Source: Candidatus Marinacidobacterales bacterium (GTDB lineage: Bacteria > Acidobacteriota > Vicinamibacteria > Marinacidobacterales > DATDRI01). From it: a DNA stretch of 64,000 nucleotides. The translations under genes and the position numbers were made by a program. Positions 47,138-58,052 of the stretch are shown here, in pieces. The stretch covers positions 992,001 through 1,056,000 of the forward strand of contig OZ245365.1 of the NCBI GenBank assembly GCA_965226495.1, read 5' to 3'. Each line of letters starts with the position of its first letter. The first letter of the stretch is position 1. A model generated the notes under the pieces. That model did not search any database. It saw only the letters and a program-made list of their open reading frames with translations, and was not told where the DNA came from.

Positions 47138-47153
47138 CGGCATCGTTCTTGTA
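47138..47153 (+). promoter_or_regulatory. Candidate sigma54 promoter (GGDEF gene)
   Basis: CGGCAT-CGTTC-TTGTA, immediately followed by the GAGGAGG RBS. Confidence 0.5.
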
Positions 47154-47175
47154 TCACTCCGAGGAGGAGTAGCCT

Positions 47176-48474
47176 TTGCCAGATCTAAGCGCCGTCATGA
47201 CTATCGCTGCGTGTCTAGCATTGTGCCTGCTAGTGCGCTCCAATCTTCGACTGCGCGACAAGCTCAAGCAGGCCGTCGGCGAGCTTGAAAGTGAACGCGA
47301 GTTTGGCTGCCTCCCTTCCGAAGTTCAACAAGGTCTACGGTCGGTCGAAGAGCACAAGCAATTTCTCAGCGGGTTCCTTCGCGACCTCCCCTCGCTCACC
47401 AAGGAGCTTCACAGCCAGGTCAGTACCCGTCGCTTGGCCGAGATTCTCCTGCACATCGTGCGGCAAGCTTTGAAGCCGCAGGAGGCAGTGGTCTTGCTAC
47501 GTCGAGGTGAGGGGGCATCGAAGGCCGGCGACTTGGTCGTGGCGGTCGTCCATCCAGAACAATCTCGAATCCAGAAGGGGAATGCCATCCCGATCGGTCG
47601 GGGCGAGATCGGATTGGTTGCGGAGACGCAGATCACCATGAGCCGCTACGACTTCGATCGAGAGAGGCATTTCGAACCAGCGACAATCACCGGCGAGCCG
47701 GTGGTCGATTTCAAGCCCGAGCTTGCGGCGCCGATGGTGATCGATGGTGAGACGGCCGGGGTCATCGCGCTATCGGGTTTGTCCTATGGACCCTACGAAG
47801 TCTCCGACGCCAAAGCGGCGCTCCGAGTCATCGCTCAAATCGGTGCTCTCACGGCTCGCAATGCCGCTGTCTATCGGCGCACGAAATTCTCTGCTGACGT
47901 GGACGGACTCACCAAAATTTTCAACAAAACTCATCTCATCCAAATTCTCGGGGATCTGATGCAGGACGCGCGCGAGCGTGTGTCGGGGTTCACTGTCTTT
48001 CTCTTCGACATCGACAACTTCAAGAACTACAACGACGTGAATGGGCACGTCGCCGGGGATCACCTGCTCCGGGAGCTGGCGCAACTCGTCGTGAAAAATA
48101 TTCGAGAGGATGACATCTTCGGGCGGTTTGGTGGAGAAGAATTCTTGTTGGTACTGCCGGAGACCGAACTGATGGAGGCGGTCGTGGTGGCGGAAAAAAT
48201 CCGAAACGCGATCGCGCAGGGGAACTTGCCATTCGCCGACCGCCAGCCCCTCGGTGTCTTGAGTGTCAGCGGTGGAGTGGCAGCCTACCCCGCGCATGGC
48301 CTCGACACCACCAATCTACTACAGGCCGCCGACGCGGCCCTTTATGCGGCTAAGGGCCAAGGCCGAAACCGAGTCTTGCCGGCTCGGCGGGAGTACCTGA
48401 GCGGCAACGAGCCTGAGCTTCTGGTCACCGACCAGGACTTGCTGACCGAGCAGGTTTCTGAACGCCGCCGGTAA
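47176..48474 (+). CDS. GAF-GGDEF diguanylate cyclase
   Basis: N-terminal TM, GAF-like region, DGLT, DIDNFK.YND..GH..GD, I-site REDD and GGEEF. Confidence 0.92.
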   Translation: MPDLSAVMTIAACLALCLLVRSNLRLRDKLKQAVGELESEREFGCLPSEVQQGLRSVEEHKQFLSGFLRDLPSLTKELHSQVSTRRLAEILLHIVRQALKPQEAVVLLRRGEGASKAGDLVVAVVHPEQSRIQKGNAIPIGRGEIGLVAETQITMSRYDFDRERHFEPATITGEPVVDFKPELAAPMVIDGETAGVIALSGLSYGPYEVSDAKAALRVIAQIGALTARNAAVYRRTKFSADVDGLTKIFNKTHLIQILGDLMQDARERVSGFTVFLFDIDNFKNYNDVNGHVAGDHLLRELAQLVVKNIREDDIFGRFGGEEFLLVLPETELMEAVVVAEKIRNAIAQGNLPFADRQPLGVLSVSGGVAAYPAHGLDTTNLLQAADAALYAAKGQGRNRVLPARREYLSGNEPELLVTDQDLLTEQVSERRR

Positions 48475-48587
48475 TAACACCTCCAACCGCCGCTACCAAC
48501 CGGTTTCACACCGTACGTTCTAGTGTCCTGTACTCGAGCCTTTCCCTCGCCAGTACGGGTGTGCTAGCGTCCTGACGTGAGGAAGAC

Positions 48588-49282
48588 ATGCACTCATTGG
48601 GGCTAGATATCGGAAGTTCTTCCGTCAAGGCATCCCTTCTGGATGTTTCGTCGGGGGCTTCGGTGGCATCTGCCTTCTCGCCGAAAACGGAGATGAAGAT
48701 CGATGCGCCCCAACCTGGTTGGGCGGAGCAAGATCCGGATCAATGGTGGAAGCACCTGAAGCTCGCGGTCAGTGAGGTTCTGACGAGCGCTCCCGTTCGT
48801 CCCGAAGACATCGGTTCGATCGGCATTTCCTATCAAATGCACGGCCTGGTGGTGGTGGACCGCGACCGAAACGTGCTGAGGCCCGCCATCATCTGATGTG
48901 ACAGCCGGGCAGTCGAGATCGGTGACAACGCTTTTGAGGAGATCGGCCCGGAAACGTGCCTCGAAAGTCTCCTCAATTCACCAGGAAACTTTACTGCTTC
49001 GAAGCTCCGGTGGGTCAAAGAGAATGGACCAGACACGTATGGCCTTATCCACAAGTTAATGCTTCCCGGTGACTACGTAGCGATGCGTCTGACCGGCGAC
49101 ATCAACACGACGTCGTCGGGGTTGTCCGAAGGGATACTCTGGGATTTTACTAACAACGAAGTCGCTGGATTTCTGCTCGAGCACTATGGAATCGATCCCG
49201 CACTCGTTCCCGATATCGTGCCGACCTTCTCCGTACATGGAGAGCTTACGAGAAGTGCAGCCTCAGAGCTCGGTTTGAGTGC
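48588..49282 (+). pseudogene. Xylulokinase/FGGY kinase pseudogene
   Basis: LGLDIGSSSVK, GWAEQDP, QMHGLV. In-frame TGA at 48894 replaces the W of IIWCDSR. Homology ends near AASELGL. Confidence 0.88.
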
Positions 49283-49470
49283 TCCCCGAGTTGCCGGTTT
49301 CGGTCCACCATCACAACCTGACTCAGTCGGGAATCCACAACATACAAAATGCGAATCTCGCCGAGCTAGCCAAGGATCAGGTATGGACTTCATGCACGAT
49401 CATCTTGCCATTGCGCTCGAAAGGCAGCTCCGGGTCTCCGGTACGACCCATTGCTATCGGCTCGCCATAA

Positions 49471-50362
49471 TTAGGCAGCGTGCCCAAGTGCGAAAAACCC
49501 AGGACGAATCCGAAGGGTACAGACTTTATTGATCTTCCAGAGAGTCGGGAAGAACTGCTCGATGATCCCATAGACCACCGGGTCGTTCTGCCTCAATTCC
49601 TCGCGTGTTCCGGAACGTTGCCCCCAGTCACCTATTTCGATGTCCACCCATGGCCCGGGCAGTGATTCGTTCAAATCATAGTACGCGTTCACGCTGTGGG
49701 TGAAGTACTCATCATCCCTAAATTCGTCGAAAGCGGTTGCTTCTTCCGGGGCGTCGTTCGGGGCTTTCATGAAACGCCCCTCTTCAACCGCGTTTAGATA
49801 TGCCGCATAGATTTCATCCACGATTTCAGGATCGGTTGTCGGCATGCCGAGATTGTGAACGACATGCACGAATTCGTGCAGGAGAAAGTTGGCAACATAC
49901 TCCGTGTTCCGCTCGTAGCGAATACCTTTTTCAGAAACGAGTGATGTAGGGTCTTCGGGCATCTGTCCAAGACCCCATTCACCGTCGCTCCCCGAGCCGA
50001 ACTCAGGAAGATCGGATGCGGTTTCGGAGAACGCCATGATCGAGATTCTCGCGTTATTCGCCACGATGGCCTGGTGGACGTCGGGACGCTTGCTGGTCAA
50101 AACGGAGGATGGTACTCCGGGCCGTAAGCAACGCGGCATCGGCTACGTTTTCCGAACCGACAATGACAATGCCATCTGCGTTGACGTATTTCCTATAAAA
50201 CGGATGAACCCCTTGGGGCGGCTCGATAACCGTGTCGCCGGTGTGGACGGTAGGAAAGGGTTCAAAGCTATTTTCACCTTCGTCATCCTGACTCTGTCCC
50301 GCGCAAGCAGACAGGAGCACGATGATCGCTAGAGCCATCAGCATCTCTAAGGAAACTTTCAT
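49471..50362 (-). pseudogene. Frameshifted lipoprotein with a HEXXH zinc motif
   Basis: Lipobox LSAC in ORF 50054-50362, which continues in another frame near 50110 (LTSKRPDV...LLHEFVH...DEYF). Confidence 0.65.
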
Positions 50363-50409
50363 GGTGATGTCCGTTCACCCAATCGTGGGCCAAGTCGCAT
50401 CGGGGTCCC

Positions 50410-53400
50410 TCACTCTTTCAACAAACGCCCTTTCCAAACCGCAAAGACGGCGGGATAGACCGTGAGCTCTAACAGAAACGAGGTGGTGAGCCCACCGACC
50501 ATGGGCGCGGCGATGCGGCTCATCACGTCCGCACCCGTGCCGGTACTCCACATGAGGGGTAGTAGGCCAATAAACGTTGTGAGCACCGTCATGAGCTTTG
50601 GCCGAATGCGCCTCGCTGCACCGTCGACGATGGCCTCTTCAAGATCTCCTGCGGTGCGCAGGCGACCTTCCTTCCGCCGCTTCTCGTGAGCGAGCTTCAG
50701 GTAGAGGAGCATCACGATACCCGTCTCGGCATCCAGGCCTCCTAATGCGATCATGCCCATCCAGACCGCCACACTGAGGTTATAGTCGAGGAGGTACAGC
50801 AACCACACCGCGCCGATGAGCGAGAACGGAACGGCCAACAACACGATGCCCACCTCGGTGGCTGACTTGGTGTTGAAGTAGATGAGGAAGACGACGATGA
50901 GCAGCGTCACCGGCACAACGAGCTTGAGCCGAGCTTTGGCCCGCTCGAAGTATTGGAACTGTCCTGCCCACTCGAGTCGATATCCAGCGGGCAAAGTGAT
51001 CTGCTCGGCCACCACCGTTCTCGCGTCGTCCACGTAATCGGCAATGCCACGGCCCGCAACATCCACGAAGACGAAACCGACAAGCTGGCCATCTTCGCTA
51101 CGGATCATCGGCGGGCCGTTCGTCATCTCCAGATCTGCCACCTGGCTAATTGGAATCCGTGCGCCCGTCGGAGTGGAGACCAAGATCCGTTTGAGCATCT
51201 CGAGATCGTCACGAAACTCGCGGGCGTAGCGAACGTTGATGGGATAACGCTCACGGCCCTCAACGGTCTGATCGATGTTGGTGCCGCCGATGGCCAACAT
51301 GATAACGTCCCCCACATCGCCCACCGTCAGGCCGTGCCGTGCGGCTTCCAAGCGGTTGATGTGAAAGTCGATGAAGTACCCACCTGTTACCCGTTCGGCA
51401 AAGGCGCTGCGGGTATTCGGTTTCGTCCGCGGATCGTCCAGGAGGACCCGCTCGATCTGGACGCCAACTTCCTCAATCGTCGCCAGGTCGGGTCCGAATA
51501 CCTTGATACCGAGGGCGCTGCGAATTCCGGTGGAAAGCATCTCAGTGCGTGTTTGAATCGGCATCCACCAAATGTTGGGCATGCCGGGGTAGCGCAGTGT
51601 CTGGTCCATCTCGGCGATGATGCCGTCCCAGGTCATTCCCGGCCGCCACTCCGATTTGGGCTTGAGCACGATCACGGTTTCGACCATCGATAGAGGCGCG
51701 GGATCGGTGGCGGTGCGGGCTCGACCGATTTTGCCGAATACCGACTGGACCTCGGGGAACTTCCGCAGCTCGCGGTTCATGGATTGCAGGACCGAAGAGG
51801 CCTCGGTAATGGACATGCCGGGGAGCGCCGTGGGCATGTAGAGGATGGTCCCTTCGTTCAGCGGGGGCATGAACTCGCTGCCCAGGCGGAAAAAGATGGG
51901 AACCGTGGTAACCATTGCGAGAATCGCAGCGATAATGACGAGGAATCGATGTCGGACCACCTGACGTACCACCGGCGTGTAAGCGGCAATGAGCCAGCGG
52001 TTGAGCGGGTTGGCCTCCTCGGCTCGGATGCGGCCTCGGACAAGAAGCACCGCGAGCGCCGGCGTTAATGTCACCGCCAGGAGGGCGGCAAAACCTATAG
52101 AGTAGGTCTTGGTGAAAGCCAAGGGGCTAAAGAGCCGCCCCTCGGTTACTTGCAACGTGAAGACCGGCAGGAAAGAAACCGTAATAACCAAGAGCGAAAA
52201 AAAGATGCTTGGTCCGACCTCCTTCATAGCGCCAATCACCACGTCGGTACGCCCACCCTGGCGCCCTCCCTCTTCCCACGCCGCGAGTTGGCGGTGGACG
52301 TTCTCGATGATGATGATCGAGGCGTCGACCATTGCGCCGATGGCCACCGCGATGCCGCCGAGGGACATGATGTTGGCAGTCAGGTTCTGCCCGAGCATCG
52401 GGATAAAAGCCAGCAGCACAGCCACTGGCAAGGTAATGATGGCGACTAGCGCCGAGCGGGCATGGAGGAGAAAGAGCGAGATAACCAAGCTGACCACGAT
52501 CATCTCCTCGATCAGCGTTTTGCGAAGCGTGTCGATGGCCCGCAAAATAAACTCGGAGCGATCGTATGTGATGACGAGTTCCACGCCTTCGGGGAGCGAA
52601 TGTTCGATTTCGGCAATTCGCTTCTTCACCGCATTTATGACCGAGAGCGCATTCTCGCCGTAGCGCATCACGACGATTCCCCCGACGGCTTCTCCCTCAC
52701 CGTTGAGCTCAGCTAGACCCCGTCGCATGTCCGGGCCCAGCTGCACCGTCGCCACCTCCCTCAGGAGGACGGGTACACCGCGGCCGCTGACTCGCAGCGG
52801 AATGTTCTCCAGATCCTCCGTCGACTGGATGTAGCCGCGGCCGCGGATGAAGTGCTCGTGCCCGGCGATCTCCAGCACCCGCCCCCCGACGTCATTATTG
52901 GAGCGGCGAACCGCCTTTACGACCTGATTTACGGAAATCCCGAAGGCAAGGAGCTTGTTGGGATCGAGGTTGACTTGGTACTGCTTGACGAAACCGCCGA
53001 CCGAGGCGACCTCGGCCACGCCCTCTACGCTCTCCAACCAGTAGCGGACGTACCAATCCTGTAGGGTGCGCAGATCAGATAGGTCGTTCTCACCGGTCTT
53101 GTCGACTAGGGCGTACTGGAAAACCCACCCCACCCCGGTCGCGTCCGGACCCAAGGTCGACGTGACGCCCTCGGGTAGCCTCCCCTGCGCGGTGTTCAAA
53201 TATTCGAGTACGCGGGACCGTGCCCAATAGATGTCCGTACCGTCCTCGAAGATGACGAAGATAAAGGAAAGGCCCATGAACGATTGACCGCGAACGAACT
53301 TGACATTCGGAGCCGCCAGTAGGGTCGTCGAGAGGGGATAGGTGATTTGATCCTCGACGAGGTCGGGGCTGCGCCCAGGCCATTCGGTGAAGACGATGAC

Positions 53401-53568
53401 CTGGGGGTCGGAAAGATCGGGGATGGCATCGAGGGGGATTTGACGAAGTGAGTAGTAACCCCATAGCGCAGCGACGGCAACTAGGAGAATCGTCAGAAAC
53501 GGATTCTTTGCCGAGGCGCCGATGAGCCGCTGAATAGCGCCCTCTGGCGCAGCGGCATCGCCTACCAT
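50410..53568 (-). CDS. cusA: Cu(I)/Ag(I) RND efflux permease
   Basis: LDAIPDLSD, LGPDATGVGW, LYMP, DPAPLSM, MPIQTR.EM, R.RPKLMT. Confidence 0.93.
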   Translation of the reverse strand: MVGDAAAPEGAIQRLIGASAKNPFLTILLVAVAALWGYYSLRQIPLDAIPDLSDPQVIVFTEWPGRSPDLVEDQITYPLSTTLLAAPNVKFVRGQSFMGLSFIFVIFEDGTDIYWARSRVLEYLNTAQGRLPEGVTSTLGPDATGVGWVFQYALVDKTGENDLSDLRTLQDWYVRYWLESVEGVAEVASVGGFVKQYQVNLDPNKLLAFGISVNQVVKAVRRSNNDVGGRVLEIAGHEHFIRGRGYIQSTEDLENIPLRVSGRGVPVLLREVATVQLGPDMRRGLAELNGEGEAVGGIVVMRYGENALSVINAVKKRIAEIEHSLPEGVELVITYDRSEFILRAIDTLRKTLIEEMIVVSLVISLFLLHARSALVAIITLPVAVLLAFIPMLGQNLTANIMSLGGIAVAIGAMVDASIIIIENVHRQLAAWEEGGRQGGRTDVVIGAMKEVGPSIFFSLLVITVSFLPVFTLQVTEGRLFSPLAFTKTYSIGFAALLAVTLTPALAVLLVRGRIRAEEANPLNRWLIAAYTPVVRQVVRHRFLVIIAAILAMVTTVPIFFRLGSEFMPPLNEGTILYMPTALPGMSITEASSVLQSMNRELRKFPEVQSVFGKIGRARTATDPAPLSMVETVIVLKPKSEWRPGMTWDGIIAEMDQTLRYPGMPNIWWMPIQTRTEMLSTGIRSALGIKVFGPDLATIEEVGVQIERVLLDDPRTKPNTRSAFAERVTGGYFIDFHINRLEAARHGLTVGDVGDVIMLAIGGTNIDQTVEGRERYPINVRYAREFRDDLEMLKRILVSTPTGARIPISQVADLEMTNGPPMIRSEDGQLVGFVFVDVAGRGIADYVDDARTVVAEQITLPAGYRLEWAGQFQYFERAKARLKLVVPVTLLIVVFLIYFNTKSATEVGIVLLAVPFSLIGAVWLLYLLDYNLSVAVWMGMIALGGLDAETGIVMLLYLKLAHEKRRKEGRLRTAGDLEEAIVDGAARRIRPKLMTVLTTFIGLLPLMWSTGTGADVMSRIAAPMVGGLTTSFLLELTVYPAVFAVWKGRLLKE

Positions 53569-54932
53569 TTATCTACGCCTGCCTTGAGCTTGCTCTCGGC
53601 GGCAATGAGGAAGTTTCCTGAGGTCACCACAATGTCTCCCTCCCGCAGGCCGTCGAGCACCACGAATCCTTCCGAACCCTTTCGACCGAGCGTGATTTTT
53701 TGCGGTTGCAGGCGTCCTTCGCCACGGTCGATAAAGACCAGATTCGTCTTACCGGACATGAGCACGGCCCCCTCGGGCACTATGAGATGTTCCCCCTGCG
53801 GGATCTGTAGCTCCGCATTGACGTACATGTCGGGCTTTAACTTGCCGGAGGGGTTAGGAACTTCTATACGAATCCTCGCGGTGCGGCTCGCCGCTTCGAG
53901 GTACGGGTAGACGTAAGAGACTCTGCCCGAGAACGTTTCCCCGGGGAGATAGGACAGGCTTATGTGCGCCGCTTGACCAACTCGGACCAGGGGAATGTCG
54001 GCCTCGTAGATGTCGGCCGCGACCCAAACGGTCGAGAGATCAGCAATCCGATAGAGCAGCATTCCCGGCTCGACCGCGCTCCCATCGACCACATGCTTCT
54101 CAATAACCGTTCCGGTTACCGGCGAAAGAATAGGGACATATTCAGCTGCTTCCGCCCTTTCCGCGAGCTCGGCGATCTGGCTGTCGCTGAAGTTCCACAG
54201 CTGTAGGCGGCGCCGGGCAGCCTCAAGCAATGAACCACCCCTCCCTTGACCTTCTCGCCTGGTCTCCTCCAGAAACTCTTCTTGCGCCGACAGCAGCTCG
54301 GGACTGTAAATGGTAAAGAGGGGATGATCCTTTTGGACCGTGATACCCGTGTAATCGGCCAGGACTTTACCTACCCAGCCGCGAAACCTTAGCGTGATAT
54401 CGGTAAGTCGGTTCTCGGCGTAGGTGACCGATCCGACAGCGCGAACTTCCAGGACGAGATTTTTCCGTACCACCGGAGCGGTCTTCACGCCGATCAGTTG
54501 CCGCCGTCCGACGTCGACCACCACCGTCCCGGTTTCCACCTCCGCCCGCGTAACCGGGACAAGATCCATGGAACAGATCGGGCAAGTACCGGCGTCGGCC
54601 GAGCGAACGGACGGGTGCATGGAACAGCTGTAGTGCTCGATGCCGTCGACATCTCCAGCCTCTGCGCTGTCGACCTTCTCCTGAGCAACCGGGACAAGAT
54701 CCATGGAGCAAATCGGACAAGTGCCGGGGTCGTGCAAGCGAACCGACGGGTGCATCGAGCACGTGTACTCAATACCGTCGACATCTCCATTGTTCGCGCG
54801 GTCTGCCTCATGGGATCCCCCTCCAACCGCTGCCAACCAACCGGTCAGCTCGTTTCGGCAGAGCCAGCCGGCTCCGAGAACGAGCAGAGCAGCAACGCCG
54901 ACAGTAACCGTACGAACCCGTAACGCCTTCAT
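53562..54932 (-). CDS. cusB: CusB-type membrane fusion protein with two heavy-metal-binding domains
   Basis: Two copies of YxCSMHP...GTCPICSMDLVP, YSPELLSAQEE, LKPDMY. Confidence 0.88.
   Translation of the reverse strand: MKALRVRTVTVGVAALLVLGAGWLCRNELTGWLAAVGGGSHEADRANNGDVDGIEYTCSMHPSVRLHDPGTCPICSMDLVPVAQEKVDSAEAGDVDGIEHYSCSMHPSVRSADAGTCPICSMDLVPVTRAEVETGTVVVDVGRRQLIGVKTAPVVRKNLVLEVRAVGSVTYAENRLTDITLRFRGWVGKVLADYTGITVQKDHPLFTIYSPELLSAQEEFLEETRREGQGRGGSLLEAARRRLQLWNFSDSQIAELAERAEAAEYVPILSPVTGTVIEKHVVDGSAVEPGMLLYRIADLSTVWVAADIYEADIPLVRVGQAAHISLSYLPGETFSGRVSYVYPYLEAASRTARIRIEVPNPSGKLKPDMYVNAELQIPQGEHLIVPEGAVLMSGKTNLVFIDRGEGRLQPQKITLGRKGSEGFVVLDGLREGDIVVTSGNFLIAAESKLKAGVDKW
54552..54789. repeat. 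Intragenic duplication (about 105 bp x2) of the heavy-metal-binding module
   Basis: 54552-54657 vs 54687-54789. Confidence 0.85.
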
Positions 54933-56321
54933 GGCAACTCCTCCACCGCTTCGAGGGGGAGCCCAACGGCTCCCTTGAGGTTGGCCAAGCCCTTATGGTA
55001 CTCCGCGAGGGCCTGATGGTAACTGAGCTCTGCGAGCATGAGTGTTTTCTCTGCCGTGATCAGAGCTAAGAAATCAATCGTGCTTGCTTCGTAGCCGGAG
55101 TGCGCCGCAGCGAGATTATCTTCAGCCGCCGGCACGATCGACGAAGAGTAGAGTCGTACCACATGCTCACTCTCCCGAACCTCGTCAAAGGCGCTGCTTA
55201 CTTCAAATAGAATCTGGGCCCGCTGGACTTCGAGGCGCGATTTTGTCTGCTCCTTAGCTCCCAGGCCCGAGCCTCACTAAGAGTCAGCCACGTCGATCGA
55301 GGGGGACGTTAACGCCAACTCCGACAAACGGCCGCAGTTTCTCCTCGTGCCAGAGTGCTGTTATAGCCTCCTGAGATGGTCAGGTTGGGGTAATACTCAC
55401 CGACGGGCCAGCTCGATGGAGGCGGCGCGCGCCATGGACTCTTGCCGTCAAGGCATGAAGTTCGGGCCGAGATCCTTAACGCTGCGTTAGTACAAAGACT
55501 CACGGGACGGATTCTCAAGGGAACTACCTCGAAGCAAGCTCGTTGAAAAAGGGGTGGCGGAAGGAAGGTCTGTGGAGAGACGTTCGAGCAAGGTATTGCA
55601 ATCGCGCCGTCGGTGACGGCACGCTTCCGCTCCAAGACAATCCCGTGGTGGATCCAAGGTTCTGTTGCGTCGACTTCTGCTTGCAGGGCATCCTGCTTCG
55701 GGACGAGCCCCGCCCCGTAGCGAGAATTGCGTAATGCGCTTGAACTCTTGGAGCAACTCCTGGTTGGCGCGGTAGCGAAATGATTTCTATGGCACGGTGG
55801 AAAAAGTAGTAATCGTAGAACGCTTGTTCAGTTGTCTGGATTAGCTGTAGGCGCCCCGCCTCGGTATCCTCGCTGACGGCTCGTGCTTCGCTCTTGGCCG
55901 CCTCGCCTTTTAGGCGGAGCTTACCCGGCCAGGGGAAAGTCTGAGACAACTCAAACCTTTGACCGAGGTCCAGACGGTCCACTCCTATGGTGGCGGGAGC
56001 AAGGCCATAAGAGAACACGGGATCATCGAGGGCGGACACTTGGGGGTAGCGGGAGCTCGCCGCGCGACAGGCACTTTCCATCGCTGCTAAGGTTGGATTT
56101 CGTCGCAGTACTTCTCGACGAAGTGCGTCAATTTCTAACTCTGATTGCCCTTGGAAGGGAGTCGTCTGTTTTGCTGGAGCGCCCGAAGTGTTTGCGGGAA
56201 AAGACAGGGAGGGCGCTGACTGACTGTGGTAGTAGTGGGACGCTCCGAGGCCACCCGCACTGACCCCGTTCACGAAAAGAAAAGACAACAATAGTGCCAG
56301 TCGGTTCAAGGGGCTCCACAT
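54929..56321 (-). pseudogene. TolC/CusC-type outer membrane factor, multiply frameshifted
   Basis: RRNPTL, ALDDP, SQTFPWPGKL, AFYDYY in one frame; C-terminal IVPAAEDNL...YE...DFLALI in another; broken fragments between. Confidence 0.85.
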
Positions 56322-56746
56322 CCGATTTCTCCCTTTTCTCTCTGTTCGAAAAAACGGTCTAACAAGATCGCCCGTGCTCATGACTAGAAAGGACGCCGAA
56401 GAAGGCTCTCCAGCTGAGGCAGGAAGCGCGAGGGCGAGAAAAGTCGTGATCGCGTGCTGTTCGATGGTCGGACGGTGGGCAAACAAGAGGGATGAGAAAC
56501 ATCACGTTGCTTCTCCGAAGTCGGGGCATACCGTAGCAGTAGCGGCATGTGCCCCCGCTGGCGTAAAGGGGCTCTTACCCTTGAGAATGGGTTGGTGCAA
56601 CTATCTCAGGCCAGCGAGAGTGTCACTTTACCATGAATCCGGAGGCCGACCGCTGACCAACGGTGGGTAGGGACTTGGCGAAGGGCGATCCGGAGTCGGC
56701 TCTCGCTGGCGTCGCGCAGTACGCGCTATGCACCGGGACCGGGTTA

Positions 56747-57140
56747 TTAGTCTGTTTGACTTTCTTCCGGGAGCTCAGATATCCATGTGCGCAGTCGGGG
56801 GTTCTCCGAGCTCTCGAGTATCTTGCTCAAGCTTTGTTTTAGCTCGCCGTCCGACTCTTTCTCCAAAGTGTCGCGCACTTCATCGTAGTTCTCGTCGAGC
56901 AACCTAAAGGCGGCCGCTTCGGCCTCGTGCCTGAGTGCTGGATCGTCGAGATAAGGGGCAACCACGTTGATAGCCTCAACCGACCACAGGTCTCCCAGCC
57001 CGGCGAGCACCATCCTCTTCTCACTGGGTTCGGTGGCGAGATCCATGGCGGTTAAGAACATATCAATGGACTCTCGGCTCGGCCGGCGGCTACGGATTCT
57101 CACCAGGTTGATATAACCTCGAAGCGCTAGGACCCGATTG
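56747..57140 (-). pseudogene. HEAT-repeat protein C-terminal remnant
   Basis: RVLALRGYI...EKRMVLAGLG...YLDDPALRHEAEAAA. No independent start; the ORF overlaps the apbE end. Confidence 0.5.
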
Positions 57141-57155
57141 GTTATTTCACTTGAG

Positions 57156-58052
57156 TTAACCAAATCGAAGGACCTTCTCCGCATCCAGAGCTTCTTTGCG
57201 AATGACGATGGCCTTTCTATCACGATGGTCCTCGCAATACTGAAGAATCTCTTCGGGGGACATGATCATGAATGCTGTCGAGAGGGCATCGCCCTCGGCG
57301 GCGGTCGAAGTCATCGCCCAGGACGCCTGGGTCTCGGTGACCGGATAGGCCGTTCGGGGATCGACGATATGACGCCCCTTACGGATTCCGGAGCTGCTTA
57401 GGCCCTGGTGCTGTAGCCTTACGCGTTTGATACCGCGTCCGTCGCCCGAAGGATGTCGCAGCGTTGCTTCACAGCCTCCTTCCCCGGGCGGACCACCGAG
57501 GGCCAAGATCGAGCTTTGTCCGCCGTGAATCACCGCACAACCGATCTCCCATTCCTTCAAAACCTCGGCCATGCGATCCAAGGCATATCCTTTTCCATAA
57601 CCTCCCAGGTCGATGCTCATCCCTTCCGACCTTAACGTCACTGTGTGTTGCGCCCGGTCCAAGTGCACAAGGTGCATCCCCGTCGTCTTGTGAATGCGCG
57701 AGAGCTCTTCGTCCGGCGAGGTGTGTCGACCCCAGTACTCCAACAGCGGGCCGATGGTGACGTCGAACGCTCCTTTTGTATCGCTGCTCAAACGCGCACA
57801 GTGTTCTAGCGATTCGAATGCATCCAGGCCCACTCGAACCGGCTGGTCCATGCCGGCACGATTGATGCGGGAGACATCGCTGTTCTCGATGAAACGGCTC
57901 AAGTTCTGTTCGACTCGGTCGAGCTCCCGAAACGCTTCATGGGCACACTGTTCCGCATAGCGGGCGTCCTCGTGGATCAACGCGATCTCGAAAGCGGTCG
58001 CCATCGCCGGATGGGAAAACCGAATGGCGTTTTGCGGCTTCAGCAACATCAT
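57156..58052 (-). CDS. apbE: FAD:protein FMN transferase
   Basis: AMAT, LSRF..SDVSRIN, GAFDVTIGPL, DLGGYGKGYALD, HIVDPRT, DALSTA. No lipoprotein signal. Confidence 0.9.
   Translation of the reverse strand: MMLLKPQNAIRFSHPAMATAFEIALIHEDARYAEQCAHEAFRELDRVEQNLSRFIENSDVSRINRAGMDQPVRVGLDAFESLEHCARLSSDTKGAFDVTIGPLLEYWGRHTSPDEELSRIHKTTGMHLVHLDRAQHTVTLRSEGMSIDLGGYGKGYALDRMAEVLKEWEIGCAVIHGGQSSILALGGPPGEGGCEATLRHPSGDGRGIKRVRLQHQGLSSSGIRKGRHIVDPRTAYPVTETQASWAMTSTAAEGDALSTAFMIMSPEEILQYCEDHRDRKAIVIRKEALDAEKVLRFG

Noticed and set aside
46900-47150. c-di-GMP riboswitch upstream of the GGDEF gene
   Set aside because: No GEMM GAAA tetraloop/receptor or GCAAA...GACGCAAA arrangement recognised; sigma54/enhancer architecture fits better.
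48894-48896. In-frame TGA in xylulokinase as Trp/Sec recoding
   Set aside because: TGA ends many intact genes here and the gene is also truncated downstream, so a TGG>TGA nonsense change is simpler.
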